In this document: piece after piece, positions 1 through 12,939 of the stretch
Numbering within the stretch: the stretch's first letter is position 1
Layout of the letters: every line of letters begins with the position of its first letter
Source of the DNA: a bacterium
Lineage (GTDB): Bacteria; Patescibacteriota; Minisyncoccia; Phycocordibacterales; UBA5272
Length of the DNA stretch: 64,000 bases
Direction: 5' to 3'
NCBI GenBank assembly: GCA_027482685.1
Contig: JAIXVU010000008.1
Location: forward strand, 4,652 to 68,651
Made by a program: the position numbers and the translations under genes
Notes under the pieces: generated by a model
The model's input: the letters and a program-made list of their open reading frames with translations, nothing else
Database searches by the model: none
Told to the model about the DNA's origin: nothing

Positions 1-43
1 GATAGCCTATAAAGAATATGAATATTCCTAAGCTATGTCACGT

Positions 44-1984
44 CTAAGCAATGAGAGTATAGTCAATGACACGTAGATCAAGATTTGCACTTTTTACCTG
101 TATTCTAACCGGTGTTCCTATTTTCCACTCTATGCCAGTTCTCTCACCAAACACCCTTCCTCCTTTTTGATCATAGTTATAAAAATCGTCCCCGAGATCA
201 CGTAATCGTATCATTCCTTCACACTTACTTGTTTTTTCTTCAACATATATACCCCATTCAGATACACCTGATACTATGCCATCAAATTGTTGCCCAATAC
301 GATATGACATATACTCAACTTGCTTGTATTTGATACTTCCACGTTCTGCATCACTTGCTTCCTTCTCACGGCGACTAGCCCGAAGACACAATGACTCATA
401 TAACCCTCGCTCATCTTCACGAGGATAGTCATCAGTAAGTACACGCATGAGGAGACGATGTGTCAGAACATCAGGATAACGACGAATAGGTGACGTGAAG
501 TGTGAGTAGTAGTCAAACGCGAGACCGTAGTGACCAACGTTGTTGGTACTATAGACTGCCTTTGCCATAGAACGTGTGATATGCACTTGGAGTAACTGCT
601 TCTCTGGTTTATCTCCCATTTTCACAAGAAGACTATTAAGATCTTGGGATGGAATGAGACCGTCCATGAACCGCACATGATAGCCGAGTCCTTTAATATA
701 AAGTTCTAGGTCATGCATTTTCTCACTATCAGGTTTATCATGGATACGATACACGCAGATGGCTTTGCCTTCACCATTTTTTTCCTCTTGTTTCTTTGTA
801 ATAAACTTACTCACATATTTATTAGCGAGAAGCATGTACTCCTCAACAAGTTTGTGTGTATCACCGCGAGTCTTGATATACACATCAACTGGCACACCAT
901 TCTCATCTAGCTTGAACTTTACTTCTTGAGTTTCTAGAGAAAGCGCGCCGTTCTCAAAACGAGCCTTATTGAGATTCTTTGCTATTTTGTTTAGTGTATC
1001 TAGCTCATCAAAAAAATCACCATTTTTGGTATCAAGAGTCGCCTGTGCATCCTCATAGGTATAGCGACGGTGTGAATTGATTAGTGAACGCCCGTACCAT
1101 TCGTTATGAACTATTCCTTCATCATTAAGTTCAAGCACGCATGACATCACGAGCCTATCCTCACCTTGTACGAGTGAACAGAGATCGTTAGATAACACTT
1201 CAGGCAACATCGGTATACATCTATCCACCAGATACACCGATGTCTGACGTGCGATTGCCTCATCATCAAGAGCCATATTAGGCAAAACATAATACGACAC
1301 ATCTGCGATATGGATACCAACTTCATAATGACCATTATCTAATTTTTGAAATGAAATAGCGTCATCAAAATCCTTTGCATCAATTGGGTCGATGGTGAAT
1401 GTAGGGATGGCACGAAAATCACGACGATTAGCCTTGTCCTCATCAGTTATACCGCGTAATTTGATAGCGTTTGCTTCTCCATTAACTTCCTTTGTATGTT
1501 CATCGCTAAATCCACGCTCAAGAGCGTACGCGAGCATCTCCGCATTGTTATCCCCTGGTTTACCAAGCACTGTCGTAACTTTTCCGAGCGGAGATTTCTT
1601 GGCATCAGTCCATTTGGTTAATGTGACGATCACTTTCATCCCGACTTTTGCTTCACCTAGCTCTTCTTTTGGAATTAGAATATCTGTATAAATACGTTTA
1701 TCATCAGGTACAAGGAAATACATTCCACCCTCCTCTTCTACCACTCCAGCATACCCAGTACGTGCACGATCAATTATTTTTGTAATTATGCCATAGAGTT
1801 CATCCTCACCTTTGGTATTCTTTTTTTTTCCAAGTAACTCAACCTCTACAATGTCCCCATGGAATGCAGTTGCAAGAGAATCATGTCCGACGAAAATCGC
1901 TCCCTCATGTTCTAGATCTTGTACTCGTACATATCCATCTTTCTTTGATGTAATACTAATCGTCCCTGTGTATAAACGTTGCAT
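44..1984 (-). CDS. rnr: Ribonuclease R / RNase II family exoribonuclease (RNB domain, C-terminal S1)
   Basis: RNB catalytic motif DPIDAKDFDDAIS is present, and the 646-aa length fits the family. Confidence 0.8.
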   Translation of the reverse strand: MQRLYTGTISITSKKDGYVRVQDLEHEGAIFVGHDSLATAFHGDIVEVELLGKKKNTKGEDELYGIITKIIDRARTGYAGVVEEEGGMYFLVPDDKRIYTDILIPKEELGEAKVGMKVIVTLTKWTDAKKSPLGKVTTVLGKPGDNNAEMLAYALERGFSDEHTKEVNGEANAIKLRGITDEDKANRRDFRAIPTFTIDPIDAKDFDDAISFQKLDNGHYEVGIHIADVSYYVLPNMALDDEAIARQTSVYLVDRCIPMLPEVLSNDLCSLVQGEDRLVMSCVLELNDEGIVHNEWYGRSLINSHRRYTYEDAQATLDTKNGDFFDELDTLNKIAKNLNKARFENGALSLETQEVKFKLDENGVPVDVYIKTRGDTHKLVEEYMLLANKYVSKFITKKQEEKNGEGKAICVYRIHDKPDSEKMHDLELYIKGLGYHVRFMDGLIPSQDLNSLLVKMGDKPEKQLLQVHITRSMAKAVYSTNNVGHYGLAFDYYSHFTSPIRRYPDVLTHRLLMRVLTDDYPREDERGLYESLCLRASRREKEASDAERGSIKYKQVEYMSYRIGQQFDGIVSGVSEWGIYVEEKTSKCEGMIRLRDLGDDFYNYDQKGGRVFGERTGIEWKIGTPVRIQVKSANLDLRVIDYTLIA

Positions 1985-2018
1985 AATTTACTGATTATAC
2001 CATAAAAGAACTTGGCTC

Positions 2019-4253
2019 TTACTTCGCGTAATCCTCTGCCTGTTTGAGGTTGATTGATAATAGTTTACTACCCCCATCAACTCCAAGCGTTACACCGTAT
2101 AACATATCACAGTGGTTCATTGTCTCGCGGTTATGTGTGATAACAAGGAGCTTACTTTTCTCAGCAAGACGCTTAAGCATCATTCCGTATTTACGGGCGT
2201 TAGACTCATCAAGTGGTGCATCAGTCTCATCAAGCACCATAAATGGAGGTGGTGTGATAGATGACATTGCAAAAAGTAGCGCGATAGACACCAGTGCGCG
2301 TTCCCCGCCTGAGAACATGCCAATCTCTCTCACTTTTTTATTTGGTAGCGATACATCAATATCGACACCATCTTCGTGATGCTCATTTCCTTCGTCATCA
2401 ATCTTTGTAAAGGTGACTTTTGTAAGTGAGGCAGATCCTCCTCCAAATACTTCTTGAAAAAATGAATTAAATACTTTAGAGACTTCATCTACCCCTTTCG
2501 CAAATTTAGTGGCAAGAGTATCGGTTAACTCAGTAATTAAATCTTGCAATTTTTCCTCACTTGCCTCAATATCTGCGAGTTCTTTTGTGAGATACTCATC
2601 ACGTTCACGTGTACTCTTGTATTCCTCAAGGACCTCTGTACGATTCGGAATAGTTGCTTCTTCTATGCGTATCTTTGACCTTTCTATGGCTCGCGTAAGA
2701 TCGTAGAGTGGTATTGTGAGATATTTCTCATCAATGTCAAGCTCGCGGTACCGGATTAAATCGCGACCAACAAGCATCACCCCTTCACGGAGTAACTCAT
2801 TAATTTTTTGTTTACGATTTTCCATAGACGCTTCCTCGTTCTTACGAAGAGTAATTGTCATTGCAAACTCACGAGACTTTGAGCGCAATTCTAGCAACTT
2901 CTTCTCTTCTTCATGGCGAGATAGTATCTTATCTCTTTTATCTTGCTGAAGTTTATCTAGTCTTGACGTATGAATGTCTACTTCGCTTTGAAGTAGTGAG
3001 AGAGTGTCTTCATACGCTCGTATACTCTCATCAAGAGATATAATAGATTGATCAAGTATTTCTTTTTTCTTATTTACATCTGTTCCTTGCGTATATTTAG
3101 TAAAAAACTCTTCTGTATATGTAGAAGCACTCTCTGTTGCATGCTTCGCTTTAGCTATATCACCTGAAGTGATTGCATTGTCTATCTGCTCAATATAGTG
3201 AGATGATGTAGCATGTGCATTAGTAAAATCATCCTGAGAAATAACAATATCTTTCTTTTCAAGAACTCGCTCTAAATCTCGTAATAGAAAATTTTTCTCA
3301 GCTTCTAGTCTACCAAGGGATTTAGTGGCGCTATCTTTTCTTTCATAAAAAGATCGTATCTCTACTTCAAGTGTTTCTTTTTCTAGATTATCAACATCTT
3401 TACTATCAGGTGTACCTTGCTCTAATAGCTCTATCTCTTTTGTGATAGAGCTTAAGATCTGAGCGAGAGACTCTGATGTGCCTGCTTCTTGTATCTTCTG
3501 CAACCCTTGTTCTACTTCTTTTTCTTCACGATTGAGATACGCAACAAGAAGTCTATGTAAGTTTTTACGCTCTTCCTCCTCTTTCTCTATTTTTTCTACC
3601 TGACGTTTGAGATGTGTAAGATGAGGTTGTATTTCTTTTTTGATAAGACTAACCTCATGTACATGGGATTTTACTTTCTCTAATTTACGCTTACTCTCAG
3701 TTAACCGCATGTGGTACACACGGAGTCCAAGAGCATCCTCAAGAGCTTCTTTTCTGTCGCGAGGATTGGCGAGTAGGATTCTATCGGCTTCACCTTGGTT
3801 AATAATTGTGTGCGCACTCCCCCCAATGCCAGCGAACGATAATAACTCTTGCACATCTTTTAAGCGAACCTTTGCATCATTTAATGTATAGTCACTTGTT
3901 CCATCTGCGTATATTGTACGGGCAAGTGTGAGCTCATCATACGCAAGGTACGGCGCAAGATCAGGGCTAATATGAGCACTTTCTACTTTTACTCTATTAT
4001 CAATCACCATAGTAACAGACGCACGAGATGATGGAGCAAGATGTTCTGAACCTTTCCAAATGATATCTGCGCCGATTTTTCCCCGCATAGTCTTCATAGA
4101 CTGTTCCCCTAATACGAAACGAATTGATTCTGCGATATTACTCTTACCACTTCCATTTGGACCAACTACACCAGTTACCTGATGTGTAACGTCTAGCGTA
4201 GTTTTTTTAGCAAATGATTTGAATCCTTGTACAGTAATGTGGGAGAGCTGCAT
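2019..4253 (-). CDS. smc: SMC-like chromosome segregation ATPase (shortened coiled coil)
   Basis: N-terminal Walker A (GPNGSGKSN) in an FKSF context and a C-terminal signature/Walker B/D-loop region (LSGGERALVSIALLFA...LDETDAPLD) are present; coiled-coil-rich middle, 744 aa is short for SMC. Confidence 0.65.
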   Translation of the reverse strand: MQLSHITVQGFKSFAKKTTLDVTHQVTGVVGPNGSGKSNIAESIRFVLGEQSMKTMRGKIGADIIWKGSEHLAPSSRASVTMVIDNRVKVESAHISPDLAPYLAYDELTLARTIYADGTSDYTLNDAKVRLKDVQELLSFAGIGGSAHTIINQGEADRILLANPRDRKEALEDALGLRVYHMRLTESKRKLEKVKSHVHEVSLIKKEIQPHLTHLKRQVEKIEKEEEERKNLHRLLVAYLNREEKEVEQGLQKIQEAGTSESLAQILSSITKEIELLEQGTPDSKDVDNLEKETLEVEIRSFYERKDSATKSLGRLEAEKNFLLRDLERVLEKKDIVISQDDFTNAHATSSHYIEQIDNAITSGDIAKAKHATESASTYTEEFFTKYTQGTDVNKKKEILDQSIISLDESIRAYEDTLSLLQSEVDIHTSRLDKLQQDKRDKILSRHEEEKKLLELRSKSREFAMTITLRKNEEASMENRKQKINELLREGVMLVGRDLIRYRELDIDEKYLTIPLYDLTRAIERSKIRIEEATIPNRTEVLEEYKSTRERDEYLTKELADIEASEEKLQDLITELTDTLATKFAKGVDEVSKVFNSFFQEVFGGGSASLTKVTFTKIDDEGNEHHEDGVDIDVSLPNKKVREIGMFSGGERALVSIALLFAMSSITPPPFMVLDETDAPLDESNARKYGMMLKRLAEKSKLLVITHNRETMNHCDMLYGVTLGVDGGSKLLSINLKQAEDYAK

Positions 4254-4400
4254 AGATAGATACTAGATTTTAGGAATTAGATGTTAGAGAGTACAAATAC
4301 ATAACACAGATTACATAAAGTGTACCACATGAATACTAATGAACTCATCTAATATCTATCATATAAAATCTAAAATCTCGTGGCATGATATACTCTCCCC

Positions 4401-5183
4401 ATGTTAGTACTGCATGCAATTATTTTAGGAATCCTTGAAGGGTTTACAGAATTTCTTCCAATATCTTCAACAGCACATCTTATACTTGCAAGTAAGCTCC
4501 TCAAAATACCAGAAAGTGACACTCTTACACTTTTTTTAATTACTGTACAAGTTGGTGCGATACTTGCGGTACTCGTATACTTTTATAAAAAGTTTTTTAG
4601 CGTTAAACTCTGGAAAAAGTTAATCATTGCATTTATCCCAACAGGTATTGCTGGGCTACTTATCTACCCATATATAAAATTTCTTCTTTCATCTCCGTGG
4701 ATACTGGTAGTTACTCTCTCTCTTGGTGGTGTTATCATGATAGCTGTTGAGAAATGGTACACCAAGAGATATCTCCATACGACTTCAGGAAATCTCTCTG
4801 ATATTTCATATAAGCAAAGCTTCTTACTTGGATGTTTCCAAGCTCTTGCTATCATTCCTGGTACGTCACGCTCAGGCGCTACAATTATTGGAGGTTTGAT
4901 GATGGGACTGAGACGTGAAGTGTTAACTGAGTTTACATTCTTACTTGCAGTGCCTACCATGATAGTAGCTACAGCGTATAGTGTCTATAAACAACGTGAA
5001 CTACTTGCACTTGATCATGTAGTAACACCGCTACTTGTTGGAACAACGCTATCGTTTATCGTAGCTCTCATTGTTATCAAATCATTCCTCGCGTACATCC
5101 GTACAAGGTCATTTGAAATCTTCGGCTGGTATCGTATCGTACTCGCTGTTGTTGTTGCACTTGTGCTTATGTATACAAATTAA
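4401..5183 (+). CDS. uppP: Undecaprenyl-diphosphatase
   Basis: It has the BacA/UppP N-terminal signature (EGFTEFLPISSTAHL), the GTSRSGATI motif and multiple TM segments. Confidence 0.85.
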   Translation: MLVLHAIILGILEGFTEFLPISSTAHLILASKLLKIPESDTLTLFLITVQVGAILAVLVYFYKKFFSVKLWKKLIIAFIPTGIAGLLIYPYIKFLLSSPWILVVTLSLGGVIMIAVEKWYTKRYLHTTSGNLSDISYKQSFLLGCFQALAIIPGTSRSGATIIGGLMMGLRREVLTEFTFLLAVPTMIVATAYSVYKQRELLALDHVVTPLLVGTTLSFIVALIVIKSFLAYIRTRSFEIFGWYRIVLAVVVALVLMYTN

Positions 5184-5596
5184 CGTTTATACTTCCGTGC
5201 AATCTTCACACGATTGAGTTCCTTTTCAACCAACCCTTCAAATACTCCAAAGTCTACATCATCATCCTTCTCCTCTCGCATCTTACGCGCCCGCTCAAGT
5301 GCCTCCTCTGCACGTTTATGGTCGAGCTCATCAACTCTCTCACCACGTTCAAGCAAGACCACGACTTCTGTTAAACCTTTACGATGAGGACGAACATTAA
5401 CGAGTCCTTTATATACTGCATATCCGATACCTGCTTTTCCTTTTCTAACCATTAACTCCCCTGCTTTAATAGTTGATACTATCGGAATATGTTTATCAAG
5501 CACCGTAATCACTCCCGTTGTTGTTGGGATGCTTAGACTATCGACTATTTCATCGACAATAATTGTATCTGGAGTGAGTACGCGGAGTTTTAACAT
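5180..5596 (-). CDS. atpC: F1 ATP synthase epsilon subunit
   Basis: Last gene of the atp operon; the epsilon N-terminal beta-sandwich pattern is recognisable; 138 aa. Confidence 0.8.
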   Translation of the reverse strand: MLKLRVLTPDTIIVDEIVDSLSIPTTTGVITVLDKHIPIVSTIKAGELMVRKGKAGIGYAVYKGLVNVRPHRKGLTEVVVLLERGERVDELDHKRAEEALERARKMREEKDDDVDFGVFEGLVEKELNRVKIARKYKR

Positions 5597-5680
5597 ATAT
5601 TGGATGGTTATTAGTAATTAGTTATTGGTTATTAGTTTGGTTCATAATGTATTGACTAATTACTAATTACAAATAACTAA

Positions 5681-7635
<1,955 letters not shown>

Positions 7636-7639
7636 ACGA

Positions 7640-8263
7640 TTATATGCTTGGTGTTATCTGTGATGGCTGAGTTTCAGTAGATGTGGCAACAGTTGGTGTT
7701 TGTCCTTCAGCAAATCCAAATATCATATCATGAAGTTTCGCTCTCTCATCTGTATTATTCGCTGCTCGTTCAAGAATTGGTAAAAGCTCTTTGTTACGTA
7801 TTTCAGAGGTCTTACGGAAATCCAAGAACTCATCAAAGGAAATAAGCTTAGGTGATATCTTATCCCCAGGATCCTCACGAACCGCTCCACCTTGTGTTAC
7901 ATTACGTGCAATAAAAAAATGATTATCCCCTATTACCCATCCATATGGAGCTACGAACCATTTGGTGAATGCTTCTGCTTTGTACCCAGCCTCAAGCTCA
8001 AGCTTAAACTTCGCAGTTCTCTCTGGTGAGTCTAACCCTTCGCAGTGTCCACCTGGAAGAGCGAGAAAAGGTGCCTGTCCTGGTTGCTCCTCTTGTAGCA
8101 CGAGTATCTTATCTTCTACAGTTGCGATAATAGTCACACAGTCCGCACGAGAAGCCGCCTCAAAGATAACAGTAGATCCATCAAAAAGTGTCTGCTCCCA
8201 TTGCCATACGTTATATCGTACGCCTTCAAACATTAGTCGTGCATTGTCAGGGAGTTTTTTCAT
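7640..8263 (-). CDS. NUDIX-fold paralog with degenerate Nudix box (possible pseudo-enzyme)
   Basis: Clear paralog of the 7069-7635 gene, with N-terminal MKK(I/L)PD...F(D/E)G...WEQ..FDGS conserved; the box GGHCEGLDSPERTAKFKLELEAGY has lost the REx2EE residues. Confidence 0.65.
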   Translation of the reverse strand: MKKLPDNARLMFEGVRYNVWQWEQTLFDGSTVIFEAASRADCVTIIATVEDKILVLQEEQPGQAPFLALPGGHCEGLDSPERTAKFKLELEAGYKAEAFTKWFVAPYGWVIGDNHFFIARNVTQGGAVREDPGDKISPKLISFDEFLDFRKTSEIRNKELLPILERAANNTDERAKLHDMIFGFAEGQTPTVATSTETQPSQITPSI

Positions 8264-8284
8264 AGTTCGTAGTATACACCAAGG

Positions 8285-9136
8285 TTAATTACTTAATGCC
8301 ATCGCACCAGAAGTTATCTCCGCAATCTCTTGGGTAACTTTTTCTTGGCGAGCACGGTTATAGTAGAGCTTAAGCTCATCCTGTAACTCTTTTGCATTAT
8401 CTGTTGCGCTCTTCATCGCAAACATTCGCGCAGAATGCTCTGACGCATAACTCTCAAGTATCGCACCATAAATAATGTTATGTAACATCATTGGGATGAT
8501 AGTTGATAGCACTGTCTCTTGATCAGGTTCGTAGGTGTAACGAGGTTCTCCTATAGTGTCGGGGTTACCATCTTCAGCACCAAATGGAAGTAGTTGTACA
8601 AGTTTTGGAGTAAAGACACTTCCTGAAGTGAAGTGTGTATAAAGTATTCGTACCGTGCCAACTTTCCTTTCTCTATACCAGTCTAGTATCATCTGCGTAG
8701 CGGTATGAGCATGATCTGAAGTAAGTTGTGGGTGAGTAAATGAAGCGAGGGTCTCAACGTGTAATTTTTTTGCAACTTTTTCGGAATATTTACCAAATGC
8801 AATTATCTTGAGATTCTTCCTTTCACTTTCATTATATGCCTCAAGTAATTTACGATATACGTTAACATTATAACTTCCACACAATCCTTTATTAGATGAT
8901 ATCAGGATTACTACTTCATCAGATTGACCATTATGTACGAGAAGTTCATGACGCACAAGAGGGTCAAGAGCAATATCTTCAAGTACAGCTTTCGCCTCCT
9001 CATAAAAAGGGCGAAGTGTATGAGCGCTATCTACAGATTTTTTCATCTTAGCAGCAGAAACCATCTCCATTGTCTTGGTGATTTTTTTAATACTGCCGAC
9101 ACTTTTTATTTTTTCCTTGATAACTTTTGTTTGCAT
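8285..9136 (-). CDS. atpG: F1 ATP synthase gamma subunit
   Basis: The N-terminus IKxKIxSVxxIxKITKTMEMVSAAKM is typical of gamma. Confidence 0.9.
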   Translation of the reverse strand: MQTKVIKEKIKSVGSIKKITKTMEMVSAAKMKKSVDSAHTLRPFYEEAKAVLEDIALDPLVRHELLVHNGQSDEVVILISSNKGLCGSYNVNVYRKLLEAYNESERKNLKIIAFGKYSEKVAKKLHVETLASFTHPQLTSDHAHTATQMILDWYRERKVGTVRILYTHFTSGSVFTPKLVQLLPFGAEDGNPDTIGEPRYTYEPDQETVLSTIIPMMLHNIIYGAILESYASEHSARMFAMKSATDNAKELQDELKLYYNRARQEKVTQEIAEITSGAMALSN

Positions 9137-9169
9137 GTATAAGTAAACGTAGCTCTTTATATTTTGAGG

Positions 9170-10666
9170 CTATGCTTTATGTGACTCTTGATAGGATGTT
9201 AGCACTTCTTTAAGTGATGCTTCTACTGATTCATCCCAACCCTTATCAATACCTGTGATAACAGATGCTCCGTTACGAACAATATACTCATGCATCCCTT
9301 TCTCCCACGCAACAACCTCATTTACTGGAATAGCATCAAGGAATCCGTTGTTCACTGCATAAATTGATGCAACCTGTAATGCTGTCGGTAACGGATTACC
9401 GTTTGCTTGCTTGAGCATCTCTTGAGTTCGCTTACCGCGTTCAATTGTACGCTTAGTATCAACATCAAGATCAGAATCAAACTGTGAGAAACTCTCAAGT
9501 TCACGATATTGCGCCATTGCAAGCTTCATCTTACCTGCATTTTTTTTCATACTCTTGGTCTGTGCTGATGAACCTACACGAGATACTGATGTACCAACAT
9601 CAATAGCAGGACGTACTCCTTTATAGAAAAGGTTAGCGTCAAGGAATATCTGCCCATCAGTAATAGAAATTACGTTAGTTGGAATGTACGCTGAGATATC
9701 ACCTGCTTGTGTTTCGATAATTGGAAGTGCGGTTATAGAACCACCTCCTGCTTCTTCGTTTCTACGACACGCACGTTCTAGTAATCGTGAGTGGAGATAG
9801 AACACATCTCCGGGATATGCCTCACGTCCTGGTGGACGCTTAAGAAGTAACGACATCTCACGATACGCAACAGCGTGCTTAGAAAGATCATCATAGACAA
9901 CAAGTACGTCTTTCTTTTGATTCATAAAATATTCTGCAATAGCAGACCCAGCATACGGTGCTAGATACGAGAGTGCGGCAGAGCGTGATGATCCTGCGAG
10001 CACGACGACAGTGTAGTCCATAGCGCCTGTTGCCTTTAGTTTCTCTACAATCTGCGCAACTTTAGACTCCTTCTGACCTATCGCAACATACACACAGATA
10101 ACACCATTACCTTTTTGGTTAATAATCGTATCTATCGCAACCGTGGTTTTACCTGTCTGACGGTCTCCGATAATAAGCTCACGCTGTCCACGACCAACTG
10201 GGATGATAGCATCAATTGCTTTTATGCCTGTCTGCATCGGCTGATTTACCGGCTCACGCTCCATAACTCCTGGGGCAATCTTCTCTACAAGTTCACGATG
10301 TTTCAGCCCTGTGAGCGCTTGACCATCTAGCGGATTAACTAGCGGGTCAACAACACGACCAAGTAGTTCATCTCCAACTGGAATAGATAAGACGTGACCC
10401 GTACGACGAACCTCCTCACCCTCATGCACACTATCTGCACCACTTACTACTACAATCCCAACCATCTCACTTTCTAGGTTAAGAGCAATACCACGGGCAC
10501 CGTGTGCGAACGTTACTTCTTCCATACTTGCAATCGATGATAGTCCCGTTACACGAGCAATACCGTCACTTACCGAAACAACAGTTCCGACATCTTGAAT
10601 GTCTATCTCGTTACTCATTTTCGATATTGTCTGCTCTAGCTCTTTGATTATTTTTTCTACTGACAT
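9170..10666 (-). CDS. atpA: F1 ATP synthase alpha subunit
   Basis: P-loop GDRQTGKT is present; 498 aa. Confidence 0.95.
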   Translation of the reverse strand: MSVEKIIKELEQTISKMSNEIDIQDVGTVVSVSDGIARVTGLSSIASMEEVTFAHGARGIALNLESEMVGIVVVSGADSVHEGEEVRRTGHVLSIPVGDELLGRVVDPLVNPLDGQALTGLKHRELVEKIAPGVMEREPVNQPMQTGIKAIDAIIPVGRGQRELIIGDRQTGKTTVAIDTIINQKGNGVICVYVAIGQKESKVAQIVEKLKATGAMDYTVVVLAGSSRSAALSYLAPYAGSAIAEYFMNQKKDVLVVYDDLSKHAVAYREMSLLLKRPPGREAYPGDVFYLHSRLLERACRRNEEAGGGSITALPIIETQAGDISAYIPTNVISITDGQIFLDANLFYKGVRPAIDVGTSVSRVGSSAQTKSMKKNAGKMKLAMAQYRELESFSQFDSDLDVDTKRTIERGKRTQEMLKQANGNPLPTALQVASIYAVNNGFLDAIPVNEVVAWEKGMHEYIVRNGASVITGIDKGWDESVEASLKEVLTSYQESHKA

Positions 10667-10685
10667 AGTTGAGAGTGTTAGTTAA

Positions 10686-11090
10686 TTAGTAATTATTGGT
10701 TAGTTGCTTGATGATACGTTCGGCACTTCCATCGTATACTTTTTCACGGAAACGTGCACGGAATCCTGCAAGGAGATTTTTATTAATAATTACAGTGTGT
10801 TGATTACTCTTTTGGTCGATATTAGTAATAATTTTTCTAATAGACGAATCAGATAGTGGAAAAGGTGTTTCAATAACGAGGGTGTCTTTTTTTATTTGTG
10901 CGGCATGAGCTATTTTTACAGTCCGTAGAATAGCAGGAAGCATACCGAGCAAATTGTACTTCTTAAGCATTGTTACGAGCTCTTCAACTGAGAGAGTTTC
11001 TTTGAGTATTTTATCTGCTAAAGCACGGCTAATGTTCATATGTTTGCTTGAATTATACCTGCATACGCGCGATAAGCGCATTATTCTCAT
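10686..11090 (-). CDS. atpH: F1 ATP synthase delta (OSCP) subunit; start probably at an internal Met
   Basis: Sits between atpF and atpA; the OSCP-like C-terminal half is recognisable; the annotated start overlaps atpF by 38 nt. Confidence 0.6.
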   Translation of the reverse strand: MRIMRLSRVCRYNSSKHMNISRALADKILKETLSVEELVTMLKKYNLLGMLPAILRTVKIAHAAQIKKDTLVIETPFPLSDSSIRKIITNIDQKSNQHTVIINKNLLAGFRARFREKVYDGSAERIIKQLTNNY

Positions 11091-11550
11091 CCTCTGTCAT
11101 TTCTTTTTGAAGAGTCTTAGCATACATACTCGCAACTAGTGATGGCGCTTTCTTACGGAATGCATTTTCAACTTTTTCCGCCAAATGCTCTTCTTCTTTT
11201 TTTAATGCTTGATGCTTTGCATTGATGTCACTCTCAGCGGACGCAACAAGTGATGCCGCTAGCTCAGCGCCTTTACTATGAGCATTGTTTAGTATGGATG
11301 TCTCTTCCTTACGTGCGTTTTTGATGATTTCACTTTTCGTTTCTTCAGCTTGTGCCAGGAGGATTTCACTATCACGTGCTTGATTGAGACCTTTTTCTAT
11401 TATCTCTTTACGAGTATCGATAACCTTACCGATTTTGCCAAAGAAAAACTTCTGAAGCAGAAAAAGGATAATGAGAAAGTTGAAAAAGTTAGCAAGAGCG
11501 ACATGCCAATTAAATCCAACTGTTCCTAGAATGTCGAGAATACTTTGCAT
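11053..11550 (-). CDS. atpF: Fo ATP synthase b subunit
   Basis: It has a single N-terminal TM segment followed by a long charged helix, at the expected operon position. Confidence 0.8.
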   Translation of the reverse strand: MQSILDILGTVGFNWHVALANFFNFLIILFLLQKFFFGKIGKVIDTRKEIIEKGLNQARDSEILLAQAEETKSEIIKNARKEETSILNNAHSKGAELAASLVASAESDINAKHQALKKEEEHLAEKVENAFRKKAPSLVASMYAKTLQKEMTEDENNALIARMQV

Positions 11551-11637
11551 ACGTACATACTGTTATTAGTAATTAGTAATTTGTTATTAGTTGAATGTAT
11601 ACGCACACACTAATTACTAATTACCAATAACTAATTA

Positions 11638-11856
11638 CTACCCAAGGAGGAAGAACGCTACGAGCGCGAATATAGCCGTTGTTTCTGTCATTGCAACCGC
11701 GATGATCATCTTTGAGAAGATAGATGCCTCAACATCTGGGTTACGTCCGATTGCTTCCATAGTCTTACCTACGAGGTATCCTTGTCCGATTGCTGTTCCT
11801 AGCATTGCTAGAATACACATTCCTTTTGCGATATAAATTGCTGCTTCTGGTGTCAT
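11638..11856 (-). CDS. atpE: Fo ATP synthase c subunit
   Basis: It is a two-TM hairpin with a conserved carboxylate (AMTETTAIFALV); 72 aa. Confidence 0.9.
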   Translation of the reverse strand: MTPEAAIYIAKGMCILAMLGTAIGQGYLVGKTMEAIGRNPDVEASIFSKMIIAVAMTETTAIFALVAFFLLG

Positions 11857-12060
11857 AAAATACTAGTTGTTAGTTTTTAGTAATTAGTTATTAGTTGAAT
11901 TCATAATACTGAACCCAAAAATATCCAACTACATTTCAATAAAAATTCGCCTTGCGGGCTGATAAAGGTATTATAGCAGAAAAATAAAAGTTTGTATTGT
12001 GGGCACGGTAAATGCTGTCAGTTACTTGATAGCCACCAGCTAATTGAATAATTTTCTAAA

Positions 12061-12885
12061 CTAATGCTCTTTCCCTTCTTTCTTTAGAACTAGTGAGTAA
12101 TATACCGTGACGAGTGCGACGAATACCACAGACTGCACAACGCCGACAAGGAGCCCCATCCCCATCCAGATAGCAGGCACACCAAACGCGAACGCTCCGA
12201 GCAATATGACAGTAAGCACCTCATGAGCGAACATGTTACCGAAAAGGCGCAGTGATAGTGATAACATCTTTGCAAATTCACTAATAATTTCGATTAGCCC
12301 CACCATAAATGAGATAAGCGCAGACATACCAGAACCTATGCCATGGCGAAAGCCCTTTATTACTTGCTTGATCTGGATGAAGTGTGAGAGATATCCGAAT
12401 ACCCCCTGCTCACGCATACCAACTATCTGCATCATGACAACAACCGCAACCGCAAGACCAAATGTTGTGTTAAAATCTGTCGTTGCCCCACGGAATAATA
12501 GTACGTGTTCACCTCCAATTGTGAGATGGAGACTGTTTAATCCAGGGATAAGAGGTAAGAGATTTGCGATAATCAGATACACCATTAATGCACCAACATA
12601 CGGGATTATTTTTTTTGCTTTTTCGTGTGTGCCAACTATCTGAGTAATGAACTTTGCGATTAGTTCATAAAAAATCTCCATAAGGTGTTGACTGCCTGAT
12701 GGAACAAGCTTGGCACGTGAACTCTTAATGATTAACATTACTACAAGAAACGTGATGAATACTGTGGTAAGAGTTGTTGTTGCAACAGAAAAAATACCAA
12801 TATCTCCAAGAATTGGGGCATTAATAGTAGGTATTGGTTCTTCTATACGAAAAAAAGAAGACTGTTCTCCGTGAGGTACTGCCAT
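12061..12885 (-). CDS. atpB: Fo ATP synthase a subunit
   Basis: The LSLSLRLFGNMFAHE motif containing the essential Arg is present. Confidence 0.85.
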   Translation of the reverse strand: MAVPHGEQSSFFRIEEPIPTINAPILGDIGIFSVATTTLTTVFITFLVVMLIIKSSRAKLVPSGSQHLMEIFYELIAKFITQIVGTHEKAKKIIPYVGALMVYLIIANLLPLIPGLNSLHLTIGGEHVLLFRGATTDFNTTFGLAVAVVVMMQIVGMREQGVFGYLSHFIQIKQVIKGFRHGIGSGMSALISFMVGLIEIISEFAKMLSLSLRLFGNMFAHEVLTVILLGAFAFGVPAIWMGMGLLVGVVQSVVFVALVTVYYSLVLKKEGKEH

Positions 12886-12939
12886 TTATGTTATGAAATA
12901 TAACAGAAGTATACCACACGACGTCATGCAGATGAAGTG